A stretch of 64,000 nucleotides of DNA from Candidatus Solibacter usitatus (lineage in GTDB: Bacteria; Acidobacteriota; Terriglobia; Bryobacterales; Bryobacteraceae). The stretch is taken from assembly GCA_016213245.1 (NCBI GenBank), contig JACRBC010000136.1:670-64669 (forward strand). Reading direction: 5' to 3'. A model generated the notes under the pieces. It saw only the letters and a list, made by a program, of their open reading frames with translations, did no database searches and was not told where the DNA came from. Each line of letters starts with the position of its first letter. Within the stretch, counting starts at the first letter, position 1. Shown here one piece after another: positions 9,601 to 18,352 of the stretch. Position numbers and translations under genes: made by a program.

Positions 9601-11548
9601 GACAGAGACGCCTGACGGCTTGACCTGCCGGCTCGACTACCGGCGCGATCTCTTCCGGCCGGAGACGGCGCAAGCCTTGCTGGCCGGTTACAGGTCCCTG
9701 CTGACTTCGGCCGCGACGGACATTGATCGATGCCTCGGTGACCTTGCTCTCACCGGTGGTGACGACGCACACGAGAACTCCGAATTCAGGCGAGGCCCCG
9801 CGAGGGAGATCGGCCGGCCGATCGTCGACGACATTCTGGAAACCGCGCGGCGGAATCCCGGCAGAACTTTGTTCTGCTGCGCCGGACGGTCCTTGACCTA
9901 CGGCGCCTACCTGGACCTGGCCTTGCGCATAGCCGGCCGAATTCAGGACGCCGGCATCAGGCCCGGCTCACGCGTGGCGTTGCTGGCCGACCGTTGCGTC
10001 GAAGCGCCTACGTGGCTGCTCGGCATTTGGCTGGCGGGATGCTGCAGCGTGCCCATCGATCCCTCCGCTCCACCGAAGCGAGCCGCATTCATGCTGCGCG
10101 ATTCGGGCGCACAGGCCGTCTTGGTGCAGAGTTTACTCGCCGCGACGCTGGTGGAGGCCGCAGTGCCCGTCATCGCACTGGAGAGCCTGCCGCAGTGGCG
10201 TGCAGCGGTTTCGTGCGGAGAGATCCACCCAGGCGCCGGCGCATGCGTGGTGTACACATCGGGTTCCACCGGGCAACCGAAGGGCGTGGAGATCACGCAC
10301 AAGTCGTTGCGCAACGTCTTGGACTGGCTGGCGCGAGAGGTTGGACTGAGGCAGGACGACGTGTTCGTGAACGCGGCATCCTATGCATTTGACGCTTCCT
10401 TCGCGGACTACTACCTGGCTCCGGCGCTGGGCGCAGTGGTGCATATTCCGGACTCCGGCGAGATCCGGGATGGCCAGCGGCTGGCGGCACTGTTTGAGCG
10501 CGTGGACGCCACCTACACCAACGCCACGCCGACGACGTTTGTCACGATGCTGGAGAGCGGCTGGCGCGGCTGCCCGCGCTTGTCCGCGCTGAGCGGCGGG
10601 GAAGCGCTGACGCCGCAGGTGGCGGCGGCGCTGCTGCCGCGAGTGCGCACGCTGTGGAACGTGTATGGGCCGAGCGAGACCACCGACATCTCCGCCGCGT
10701 GCCGGGTGCTCTCCGCCGAACCGCCAATCTCAATCGGCCTGCCGGTGGATAACACGACGTTGCACGTCCTGGACAAGTGGGGCCGCCCTGCGATCGCCGG
10801 CTTTCCGGGAGAACTCCATATCAGCGGCGCGGGCGTGGCGGAAGGCTACATCAACCGGCCCGAACTGACCGCGGAACGGTTCGTATTCCTGGACACCCCA
10901 GCCGGCCCCATCCGCACCTACCGTACGGGTGATCTGGTGCGCAGCCTGCGGGCCGGCGGGCTTGAGTTTCTGGGCCGCATGGACCAGCAGATCAAGCTGC
11001 GCGGCCACCGCATCGAACTCGGCGAGATCGAAGCCGCCCTTCAGGTCTGTCCGGGCATCGCCGCCGCCGTCGTCGTCCTGCAAGAGCATCCCGCCGACCG
11101 CATCGCCGCGTTCTACTGTGGTACTGCTGCGCATGCGCCAACCCCGGACGAGCTTCGCGCCGCGCTCCGCGCCAGCCTTCCGGAGCACATGGTGCCGGCC
11201 CTGATCCGGAGGGTGGATGCGCTGCCGCTCACAACGAGCGGCAAGATCGACCGCAAGGCGCTGGCCGCGCTCGATGCCGGACAGGAAGGCCATTCAGGTG
11301 CGCGCGGCTTTACTCCATTGGAGTCCGACGTTGCAGCCTGTTTCACGGAAGTTCTCGCTCGCCGGGACATCGGCCCGGATGACGACTTCTTTGATCTCGG
11401 CGGCCATTCACTTGCGGCGGTCCGGCTGATGAACCGCCTCATGTCGCGCTTCGGCGCCGCGCCAACCATCCGGGAGTTCTTCTGCGCGGCTACCGTGCGC
11501 GATACCGCCGCTCGAATCCAAGCCAGAGAGAAGGAGACCGCTGGATGA
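6623..11548 (+). CDS. NRPS: acyl-CoA ligase-like (oxalate-CoA ligase-like) starter-T-C-A-T
   Basis: LHTSGTTNRPK, EAYGMTEAAHQ, FRTGD; T FFDCGGDS; C HHVISDGWS; A YTSGSTGQPKG, NVYGPSE, YRTGD, KLRGHRIELGEIE; T FFDLGGHS. GTG start at 6623 overlaps the upstream TGA (GTGA). Confidence 0.93.
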   Translation: MTPGVFIEPLSLPTLIRDAAPDEAALLAVSAPPLSYAGLGELMDRTSAALAQMGIEHDDRVALVASNGPEMAAAFLGIAASCGCAPLNPGYREEEFRFYLEDLKPSLLVIEQGMGEAAAAAAAALGIRVRRLLPEPHKGAGWFGLEGAGEGGEPRYASPESTALYLHTSGTTNRPKLVPLTQYNLLCSAANVARTLALSPADRCLNVMPLFHIHGLIAAVLASLSAGASVVCSPGFQVTRFFDWMDEFEPTWYTAVPTMHQVILERAALDPERAKRARLRFVRSSSASLPPQVMERLEEVFRAPVVEAYGMTEAAHQMACNPLPPLARKPGAVGLPAGPEVAVMDAGGRLLAQGERGEIVIRGPNVTAGYEANPEANRTAYCEGWFRTGDEGYFDADGYLFLTGRLKEMINRGGEKIAPREIDEALMEHPAVAQALAFGAPDPKLGEEVAAAVVLKPGASARESELQDFLAAKLADFKIPRLIVFLEKIPKGPTGKMQRVGLASRLGIENIHHAPAAADGEATALAGALAGIWTEVLRRDDITAQSHFFDCGGDSILAAQAVGRVNTLTGRALNVMHLFRAPTPGALGAWLEANPGEAQAPPAPGPSADPSKLSPAQERMLFLHSYEEEPALYNRPALLRLRGAVDGEALREALDDVVKRHEAFRTCFQAEDNGWSASIAAAAACPLETHDLRARADSRLKTDELTRELLSRPFDLCQPPLLRVALLQVEDEEYRLAVSMHHVISDGWSSRVFFRDLCIAYAARRAGVAPVFEPLRARYADYVAWLEQRLSGERRGQLEAYWKGRLEGAPPLLEVPTDFPRPARATFTAGVERLTLPAQLTARLREIARGSDATLFMVLLAGFQALLARTAGLTDVVIGTPSAGRTRPGFEPLAGLFGTTLPLRCDLSGNPSFHELVVRARECSLEAIAHQDLPFEKLVDVLRLQRNLSHPPLVQVTFQLRNVPLERAGLSGCATEEMECHSGLSPMDLNLEATETPDGLTCRLDYRRDLFRPETAQALLAGYRSLLTSAATDIDRCLGDLALTGGDDAHENSEFRRGPAREIGRPIVDDILETARRNPGRTLFCCAGRSLTYGAYLDLALRIAGRIQDAGIRPGSRVALLADRCVEAPTWLLGIWLAGCCSVPIDPSAPPKRAAFMLRDSGAQAVLVQSLLAATLVEAAVPVIALESLPQWRAAVSCGEIHPGAGACVVYTSGSTGQPKGVEITHKSLRNVLDWLAREVGLRQDDVFVNAASYAFDASFADYYLAPALGAVVHIPDSGEIRDGQRLAALFERVDATYTNATPTTFVTMLESGWRGCPRLSALSGGEALTPQVAAALLPRVRTLWNVYGPSETTDISAACRVLSAEPPISIGLPVDNTTLHVLDKWGRPAIAGFPGELHISGAGVAEGYINRPELTAERFVFLDTPAGPIRTYRTGDLVRSLRAGGLEFLGRMDQQIKLRGHRIELGEIEAALQVCPGIAAAVVVLQEHPADRIAAFYCGTAAHAPTPDELRAALRASLPEHMVPALIRRVDALPLTTSGKIDRKALAALDAGQEGHSGARGFTPLESDVAACFTEVLARRDIGPDDDFFDLGGHSLAAVRLMNRLMSRFGAAPTIREFFCAATVRDTAARIQAREKETAG

Positions 11549-14500
11549 GCGATTGCAACCGGGAGCGAAGCGGGGCGAACGCCGGAGTTGAGCTGAGTTT
11601 TGCCCAGCAGCGGATGTGGATTGCGGAGCAACTTCAGCCCGGCGGCGCCGCCTATCACATCCCCAGCGCCTGGCGTGCGGCCGGGGAGCTGCGCGTAGAG
11701 GCGCTGCGCCGAGCGTTTCAGACCGTATGCCGGAGGCACTCCGCGCTGCGCACGGTGATTCGGCCGGCCGAAGGCACACCCTGGGCCCAGGTGCTCGATG
11801 AGCCGCCGGCCGTTGTCGAAGCCGATTGGACTGCGCTGTCCCCAGCGGAGGTTCAGCAGGCCGTGGAGCGCCAATCGTGGCGGCCTTTTGATCTGGCCGG
11901 CGAGGCGCCCGCGCGCTGCCTGCTGGCCCGCCTGGCCGGCGGCGACCACCTGCTGCTGTTCCTGTTTCACCACATCGCGTTTGACGGGTGGTCTTGGTCC
12001 ATTTTCAATTGCGAGCTTTCAGAGGCATACGCTGCTGCATGCCGTGGAGAGGAACCGGAGCTGGAGCCGCTGGCATTGCAATACTCCGAATATGCGGCGG
12101 GCCAGCGCCAGTCGCTCACGCCGGAGGTAATCGCGCAAATGGCGCAGCCCTGGATCAAGCGCCTCGCAGGCGCGCCACGGTTGCGCTTATCCACGCGCCA
12201 GGGCACGGGCGCCGGCAAGGAAAGTACGGACGGGGAATTGCTGTTCACCATGAGCGCAGCGGCCGCCGAAGCGGTGACGGCGTTCGCGCGCACTCACCGC
12301 ACCACGCCGTTCGCCGTGCACCTGGCGGCCGTTCAGGCGCTCCTGGCGCGCTACTCAGGACAGGCCGACTTCTGCATCGGCGTGCCGTTCGCCAACCGTG
12401 AGCCGGAGGTGGAAGGTCTGATCGGCTTCTTTGTGAATACGCTGGCCTTCCGCGCCCGGTTGGAGGACGACCCTACCTTCCGCCAGGCTGTCGGGCGCAC
12501 CGCTTCCGACACTCTCGACGCGCTGAGTGAAGGCCGACTGCCCTTCGAACAACTAGTGGAGCGGATGCAGCCGGATCGCACCCTGGGCGAGAATCCGCTG
12601 TTCGGCGTGTTGTTCGCTTACCAGAATTTCCCGAGCACTCCCTTGTCGCTCTGTGGTGTAAGCCTGGAGCAGATAGAAGTCCTGTCGCCGGCGTCCGTCG
12701 TGGAGCTGAGCCTCTCGCTGACGCCGTCGCCTGGCGGGCTGCTGGGGACCATCCGGTATTCCGCGGCCCTGTTCGACCGGCCGTGGGTGGAGAGATTCGC
12801 CGGGCACTATTCACGGCTGGTTGAGACGTGGCTGAGCGCGCCGGATTTGCCGCTGTCGAAGGTGGAGTTCATCTCAGGGCAGGAGAAAGAGCGGCTTCTG
12901 GCGCTCGGCCGCGGGCACTGCGGCGACTATCCGAAACTCCCCATCCATCGCATCTTCGAGGAGCAGGCTGCCCGGCGGCCCGAGGCGATCGCATTGCGTT
13001 CGGGGCAGATCACCGAGACCTACGCGGATCTCAACGCGCGTGCCAATCAACTGGCCCGGCAGTTGGTCGATGCCGGCATAGCGCCCGGCAGCGTGGTCGG
13101 CGTGCTGATGGACCGGTGTATGGAGATGGTCGTCTGCTGGTTGGCCGTGCTGAAAGCGGGCTGCGCTTATCTACCGCTGGAGCCGGCCGATCCGGCGGCG
13201 CGGCTGGCCGGACAATTAGCCGATTGCGGGGTTGGCGCGCTGATCGCACACCAACCGGTGCCCGGCGCGGTCCGCGCAGCGGCTGCGTGTTGCATTTTTC
13301 CCACGGGCGGCCGCAGCGGGGAGGATACGCAGAACCTCAGCATCGAACCGTCCATCGGGCAGGCGGCGTGCATCATGTTCTCCTCGGGCTCGACGGGCAA
13401 GCCCAAAGGCGCCGCCATCCCGCATCGCGCCATTCTCCGGTTGCTGTTTGACAACGGCTTCGCCGAGTTTTCCAGCGGCGACACGTTCCTTTTCATGGCG
13501 CCGCCCGCTTTCGATGCCAGCACCCTGGAGGTATGGGGGCCGTTACTCCACGGCGGAACCTGCGCCGTACTTTCCCCCGGGAGGGTTTCGCTTCCGGCGG
13601 TGTCCGCCGCCGTGCGCAACAACGGGGTCACGGCCATGTGGATCACCTCGTCTCTCTTCAACGCGCTGATCGATGAGACGCCAGAGGCGCTACGCCCTGT
13701 GCGCCTGATCATGACCGGAGGCGAAGCGCTATCGGCAGGGCATGTGGCGAAGGCCCTGCGGCTGCTTCCCGACACGAGATTAATGAACGGCTACGGTCCT
13801 ACCGAGAACACGACGTTCACCACCTGTTGGCAGATTCCGAGAGACTTTCCGGAGACCGCCTCCGGCGTTCCCATCGGCACGCCCATCGCCAACACGCGCG
13901 TCTACGTCCTCGACGCCGCCCGGCAGCTCGTGCCGGAGGGCGTGGCGGGCGAACTCTACGCCTCCGGCGACGGTGTGGCGCTGGGTTACCTCGGACTTGC
14001 GGAGATGACTGCCGAGCGATTCCTTGCGGACCCGTTCCATCCAGGTACTCTCATGTACCGCACGGGCGACATCGTGCGCTGGAACGGATCGGGCACATTG
14101 GAATTCGTCGGCCGCGTCGACGATCAGGTGAAGATCCGCGGGCATCGCATCGAACCGGGCGAAGTGGAGGCGGCGCTTGCCGGACACCCGGCCGTTTCCC
14201 AGGCGGCCGTGATCGTGCGCACGGACCGGCGAGGCGAAAAAGCGTTGGTTGCCTACTACACGCTGCGGCCGGGCGGTAGCGCCGGCACGGGGGAGTTGCG
14301 GGAGTTTCTCCGCCTCCGTCTTCCCGAATTCATGCAGCCGGCCGGCTTGGTGGCACTGGGGAGTTTTCCGCTCTTGCCTTCCGGCAAGATCGACCGCGCG
14401 GCACTTCCCGAGCCTGAACAGGCAAGAGCGCCTGGCGATGCGCCGCGGCAGGGACGGGAAGCGGAGATCGCCGCGGTGTGGAAGCGGGTGCTCGGCATGC

Positions 14501-15474
14501 AAAACATCGTCCGCACCGACAATTTCTTCGACCTCGGCGGGCATTCGCTGGCGGCGTTGAGGGTGGTGTCGGCGATCGAACGTGAATTGAAGCTGCGGGT
14601 TACATTGGCGGATCTCTTTTCGGCGCCCGTGCTTGCGGACCTGGCCGCCCGCCTGGACTGCAACTCTACCGATCAGCGCACCCTGGTGCCGGTGCGGTCT
14701 GAAGGTTCGCTGACGCCAATCCTGACCCTTTCCGCAGGACCGCGCTTCCGGCAACTGGCTGCCCGGCTCGGTGACCAGCGGCCCGTGCACTGGCTTCCGG
14801 CAATCGATGCGACACTGCTGCCCCATCCCTGCCGCTGCGAGGACATCGCGGCCTGGTATGTGCGCCTGCTGATGGGGCAACGACCCTCCGGCCCGTGGAT
14901 CCTGAGCGGCTGGTGCCTTGCTGGCACGCTGGCATTTGAGATTGCGCGCCAGCTCGAGCCGCACGGTCGCGGCGCGGTCCTTCTCCTCGACGCTCCCGGA
15001 CCGAATCAACGAGCCGGAGTTTCGCAACTGCAGTCCCTGGGCAACCTACTTGCCCGCCTCGCTTATCACGGGCACGCGATGATGCGCGGCGAACGTGGAC
15101 CCTTGATCCCATACGTATTGGAGCGAATCAGGACCATTCGGGAGCGGCGCGAATTGTTGCAGTTCGCCCGGACATACGAGCAGTCTCTCCGCTCCGGCGG
15201 GGCGCAGCCTGAATCGGTGGATGAACAACTCCTGTCCAACTATGCGGCCCTTCGGTATACGCCGCCCTCGCCGCTGGGCTGGCCAGTCCTGCTGGTGCAC
15301 GCCAGGGACCGGCATGGGCTGCCGCAGTCCAAGCCGGACGCGGGCTGGGCGCCCCATGCCCCGAGGCTGATTGTGGAATGGGCTGACGGAGACCATGGCA
15401 CCATGTTTGAGGAGCCGTTCCTCACCAGCCTTGCCAAGGTGGTCCGCACTTGGCTGGACGGCCTTCCGGATTGA
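11545..15474 (+). CDS. NRPS termination module C-A-T-TE (A domain probably Val)
   Basis: C HHIAFDGWS; A FSSGSTGKPKG, NGYGPTENTTF, hand-read pocket DALWMGGTFK (Val-type); T FFDLGGHS; TE GWCLAG...LLDA...GDHGTM; ATGA overlap with the first NRPS. Confidence 0.93.
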   Translation: MSDCNRERSGANAGVELSFAQQRMWIAEQLQPGGAAYHIPSAWRAAGELRVEALRRAFQTVCRRHSALRTVIRPAEGTPWAQVLDEPPAVVEADWTALSPAEVQQAVERQSWRPFDLAGEAPARCLLARLAGGDHLLLFLFHHIAFDGWSWSIFNCELSEAYAAACRGEEPELEPLALQYSEYAAGQRQSLTPEVIAQMAQPWIKRLAGAPRLRLSTRQGTGAGKESTDGELLFTMSAAAAEAVTAFARTHRTTPFAVHLAAVQALLARYSGQADFCIGVPFANREPEVEGLIGFFVNTLAFRARLEDDPTFRQAVGRTASDTLDALSEGRLPFEQLVERMQPDRTLGENPLFGVLFAYQNFPSTPLSLCGVSLEQIEVLSPASVVELSLSLTPSPGGLLGTIRYSAALFDRPWVERFAGHYSRLVETWLSAPDLPLSKVEFISGQEKERLLALGRGHCGDYPKLPIHRIFEEQAARRPEAIALRSGQITETYADLNARANQLARQLVDAGIAPGSVVGVLMDRCMEMVVCWLAVLKAGCAYLPLEPADPAARLAGQLADCGVGALIAHQPVPGAVRAAAACCIFPTGGRSGEDTQNLSIEPSIGQAACIMFSSGSTGKPKGAAIPHRAILRLLFDNGFAEFSSGDTFLFMAPPAFDASTLEVWGPLLHGGTCAVLSPGRVSLPAVSAAVRNNGVTAMWITSSLFNALIDETPEALRPVRLIMTGGEALSAGHVAKALRLLPDTRLMNGYGPTENTTFTTCWQIPRDFPETASGVPIGTPIANTRVYVLDAARQLVPEGVAGELYASGDGVALGYLGLAEMTAERFLADPFHPGTLMYRTGDIVRWNGSGTLEFVGRVDDQVKIRGHRIEPGEVEAALAGHPAVSQAAVIVRTDRRGEKALVAYYTLRPGGSAGTGELREFLRLRLPEFMQPAGLVALGSFPLLPSGKIDRAALPEPEQARAPGDAPRQGREAEIAAVWKRVLGMQNIVRTDNFFDLGGHSLAALRVVSAIERELKLRVTLADLFSAPVLADLAARLDCNSTDQRTLVPVRSEGSLTPILTLSAGPRFRQLAARLGDQRPVHWLPAIDATLLPHPCRCEDIAAWYVRLLMGQRPSGPWILSGWCLAGTLAFEIARQLEPHGRGAVLLLDAPGPNQRAGVSQLQSLGNLLARLAYHGHAMMRGERGPLIPYVLERIRTIRERRELLQFARTYEQSLRSGGAQPESVDEQLLSNYAALRYTPPSPLGWPVLLVHARDRHGLPQSKPDAGWAPHAPRLIVEWADGDHGTMFEEPFLTSLAKVVRTWLDGLPD

Positions 15475-15482
15475 AACCGAGT

Positions 15483-16178
15483 ATGTCCAGCGACTGGCAG
15501 CCACGACTTCCGCCACGCATTCGCGTGGCTCTCATCGACGTGGATGAGCCGGGCGCGCGGGTGTTGGACGATCCCGCGCTGATCAGCCCCGAGGAGGCCG
15601 CGCGCGCGCGCCGCTTTCGTGGAGAGAGCTTGGAGCGCCGCTACCGGCGCGCACACGCCGCGCTGCGGCTGCTGCTGTCCAGGGAAACCGGATGCGCGCC
15701 GGCGCTGCTGCCGATCTCCACGCGCGACGGCGGCAAGCCGTTTCTGCCGGGCTCCACAGTGTCGTTCAACCTGTCGCACTCCGGCCCTCTCGCCGCCGTG
15801 GCGCTGGCCAGCGGCTTGGAGGTAGGCGTCGACGTCGAAGCGCCGCGCCGGCTGCACGGCGACGCGCTCAGCCTGGCGGCGCGCTTCTACCATCCGGAAG
15901 AGTGCCGCATGCTGACGGCGGTGCCGGGACGGGGAAGGGAAGCGGCGTTCCTCAGGCTGTGGACGGCCCGGGAATCGCTGGTGAAGGCGCTCGGCGCCGG
16001 GCTGGACCAAATGCCGGGCGACTTCAATGCCGCGCCGCTGCTGGAAGGAGCGCAGGCAGTGGAGTGGGGCGGGTGGACGGTGCGCGTGATGCCCGCGCCC
16101 GCAGGAGCGTTCGCGGCCGTGGCGGCGCCGGGCGCCGGGTGGGGCTATGAACTGGTTTCGCCGTTCTGGCTGGCCTGA
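15483..16178 (+). CDS. 4'-phosphopantetheinyl transferase (Sfp type)
   Basis: GKP, FNLSHS, VGVDVE, LWTARESLVKALGAGL motifs; alternative TTG start at 15471 overlapping the NRPS stop. Confidence 0.92.
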   Translation: MSSDWQPRLPPRIRVALIDVDEPGARVLDDPALISPEEAARARRFRGESLERRYRRAHAALRLLLSRETGCAPALLPISTRDGGKPFLPGSTVSFNLSHSGPLAAVALASGLEVGVDVEAPRRLHGDALSLAARFYHPEECRMLTAVPGRGREAAFLRLWTARESLVKALGAGLDQMPGDFNAAPLLEGAQAVEWGGWTVRVMPAPAGAFAAVAAPGAGWGYELVSPFWLA

Positions 16179-17017
16179 GCGCCGCGCCGCAGTCCGGCGG
16201 CGAACCGGCTGGCCTGTTCGAAGTCACTCTCCAGGCTGCCGCTATTCAGGCGCTCCCGGAGCTGCGCCCATTCAGCGGCGAACAGGTCGAGGGCGTCGAG
16301 GATCGCATCGCGGTTGGTGTCCAGAATGTCTCTCCAGATCTCCCAGGCGCTCAGCGCCAGCCTGGTGGAATCGACCAGGCCGGGACCGGCGGCGGCGGCG
16401 ATGGAAGAGGCGTCCGGATGCGATGCCAGGGTCGAAGCCAGCGCCGTGGAGAGCAATTGAGGCAGGTGCGAAGAACAGGCCACGATGGCGTCATGTTCCT
16501 GCGGAGACGCCACCCGTTGTTGCGCACCGATGGCCTGCAACCAGCCGCAGAACTCATTTGCGGCCGGGGTTTGCAGAGCGGCGGGTTCCAGCGGCGTGAG
16601 CAGGTAGGGCCGGCCTTTGAACAGGCCGGCCTCGGCCGCGCCCACCCCCCGCGACTCCTTGCCGGCCATCGGATGGCCGCCAAGGAACTGCACGCGGCGC
16701 AAAGCGGCGCCGGCCTCGCAGATCATCGACTTCGTGCTGCCGGCGTCGGTGACCAGCGCGCCGGGCTTGACAATGCCATCGAGACGCGGGATCAGGTCGA
16801 GGATCGAGCGGATGGGGCCGGCGAGGTAGACCAAGTCCGCCTGCGCGCACGCCTCCTCCAGCGTCGCGCCGGCGTCGATGACGTTCAGCTCCAGCGCCTG
16901 CCGGATGGTGCGTTCGGAACTGACGCCGAGGATCCGTCCCGCAAAGCCGGCCTGGCGTAGCGCAAGCGCGAACGAGCCGCCGATCAGCCCGACTCCGGCG
17001 ATGACTACTGTCTGCAT
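16145..17017 (-). CDS. tyrA: Prephenate/arogenate dehydrogenase
   Basis: GVGLIGGS Rossmann motif, TDAGSTK, GGHPMAGKE, HDAIVACSSHLPQ. Confidence 0.93.
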   Translation of the reverse strand: MQTVVIAGVGLIGGSFALALRQAGFAGRILGVSSERTIRQALELNVIDAGATLEEACAQADLVYLAGPIRSILDLIPRLDGIVKPGALVTDAGSTKSMICEAGAALRRVQFLGGHPMAGKESRGVGAAEAGLFKGRPYLLTPLEPAALQTPAANEFCGWLQAIGAQQRVASPQEHDAIVACSSHLPQLLSTALASTLASHPDASSIAAAAGPGLVDSTRLALSAWEIWRDILDTNRDAILDALDLFAAEWAQLRERLNSGSLESDFEQASRFAAGLRRGAQASQNGETSS

Positions 17018-17024
17018 GGTGCGC

Positions 17025-18053
17025 TCACACGCTCCTGCCCACGGCCGACGCGATCAGTTTGAGTTGTGCGACCAGCTCGGAGAACTGCTCCGGCCGGAGC
17101 GCCTGCGCGCCCTCGCTGGCGGCGTGGTCGGGGTCCGAGTGGACCTCCAGCAGCAGGCCGTCGGCGCCGGCGGCCACGGCGGCGCGCGCCATGGGGACGG
17201 CCATGTCGCGCCGCCCGGTGGCGCGCGACGGGTCGGCCACCACGGGCAGGTGCGAGAGCTTGTGGATGGCCGGGATGGCGGCGATGTCCATGGTGTGGCG
17301 GGTGAAGGTCTCAAACGTCCGGATGCCGCGCTCGCAGAGGATCACGTTGTAGTTGCCGCCGGCCAGAACGTGATCGGCGGAGACCAGCAGCTCCTCCACC
17401 GTGGCGGCGATGCCGCGTTTGAGCAGCACGGGCCGCGCGCACTTGCCCAGCGCGCGCAGCAGCAGGTGGTTCTGCATGTTGGCGGCGCTCACCTGGAGCA
17501 GGTCGGCCTGTGCTTCCAGCTCCGGAATGCGCGAAGCGTCCGAGACCTCGGTGACCACGAACAGCCCGAAGAGGTCGGCGACGCGGCGGACCATTCTGAC
17601 CCCCTCGGCGTCCAGGCCGCGCGGGCCGTTCAGGGAGGTTTCAGATGGATGTGCGCCGGCCCGCAGAAAACGCGCTCCGGCGCGGGCCGCCAGTTCGGCG
17701 GTGCGCGTGAGCTGCTGCTCGTTCTCGACGCTCGATGGGCCGGCCATCAGCACCACCTGCGGGCCACCGATCTCCACGCGTCCGGCACGCTCGCGCTCGA
17801 ACCGCACCACCGTCCCCTCCGGCTTGAAGCCCCGGCTGGACAGCTTATACGGCGACATCACCCGGCGGCACTGCTTGACGCCCTCCATCACGTTGAACTC
17901 GTTGGGGTCGACCAGTTCCGCCGGCCCCACGGCGCCGAGCACCGTGTGCACGACGCCCGTGGAACGGTGCACGGAGAAGCCCAGCGAATCCAGCTTGCCG
18001 ATGACCTGCTCCACCTGCTCTTCGGTGGCGCCCTGCTCCATGACGATGATCAT
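17025..18053 (-). CDS. Type I-beta DAHP synthase homolog with degenerate active site
   Basis: N-terminal regulatory domain plus barrel motifs [17 protein letters not shown]; but AGPSSVE, GAHPSETS, QVSAANMQN, DPSRATG, SEGAQ replace catalytic motifs. Confidence 0.88.
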   Translation of the reverse strand: MIIVMEQGATEEQVEQVIGKLDSLGFSVHRSTGVVHTVLGAVGPAELVDPNEFNVMEGVKQCRRVMSPYKLSSRGFKPEGTVVRFERERAGRVEIGGPQVVLMAGPSSVENEQQLTRTAELAARAGARFLRAGAHPSETSLNGPRGLDAEGVRMVRRVADLFGLFVVTEVSDASRIPELEAQADLLQVSAANMQNHLLLRALGKCARPVLLKRGIAATVEELLVSADHVLAGGNYNVILCERGIRTFETFTRHTMDIAAIPAIHKLSHLPVVADPSRATGRRDMAVPMARAAVAAGADGLLLEVHSDPDHAASEGAQALRPEQFSELVAQLKLIASAVGRSV

Positions 18054-18352
18054 TGCGCCTTCTCCTTTGCCATGCGCTCGCGTTGCAGCGTGCGCATCTC
18101 GTCGATGATGCGTTCAAAAAGGCGGCGCACGGCGCCCGCGGACAGCGGCCCGCCGTTGCCCGACAGCACGTTTTGGAACACCATGTCCTCGCGTTTCGGC
18201 TCGTAGATCGGCAGCGCCGCGACCTTCTTGATGTCGCCGATCTTCTCCACTACTTTGGCGCGCTGGTTCAAGAGCTCGAGGATGCGCAGGTCGACTTCGT
18301 CGACGGACTTGCGCAACAGGTCGAGCGCCGCCTGGGCTTCTTCGTTGGTCAT
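18050..18352 (-). CDS. Chorismate mutase (AroQ/type II)
   Basis: LRKSVDEVDLRILELLNQRAKVVEKIGDIK...PIYEPKRE; ATG at 18352 overlaps trpA stop. Confidence 0.92.
   Translation of the reverse strand: MTNEEAQAALDLLRKSVDEVDLRILELLNQRAKVVEKIGDIKKVAALPIYEPKREDMVFQNVLSGNGGPLSAGAVRRLFERIIDEMRTLQRERMAKEKAQ

Noticed and set aside
14680-15474. Calling the cluster a beta-lactone or beta-lactam pathway from the Cys-TE
   Set aside because: Last A domain looks Val-specific, the TE Asp is in the usual position, and no transaldolase or sulfotransferase gene is present.
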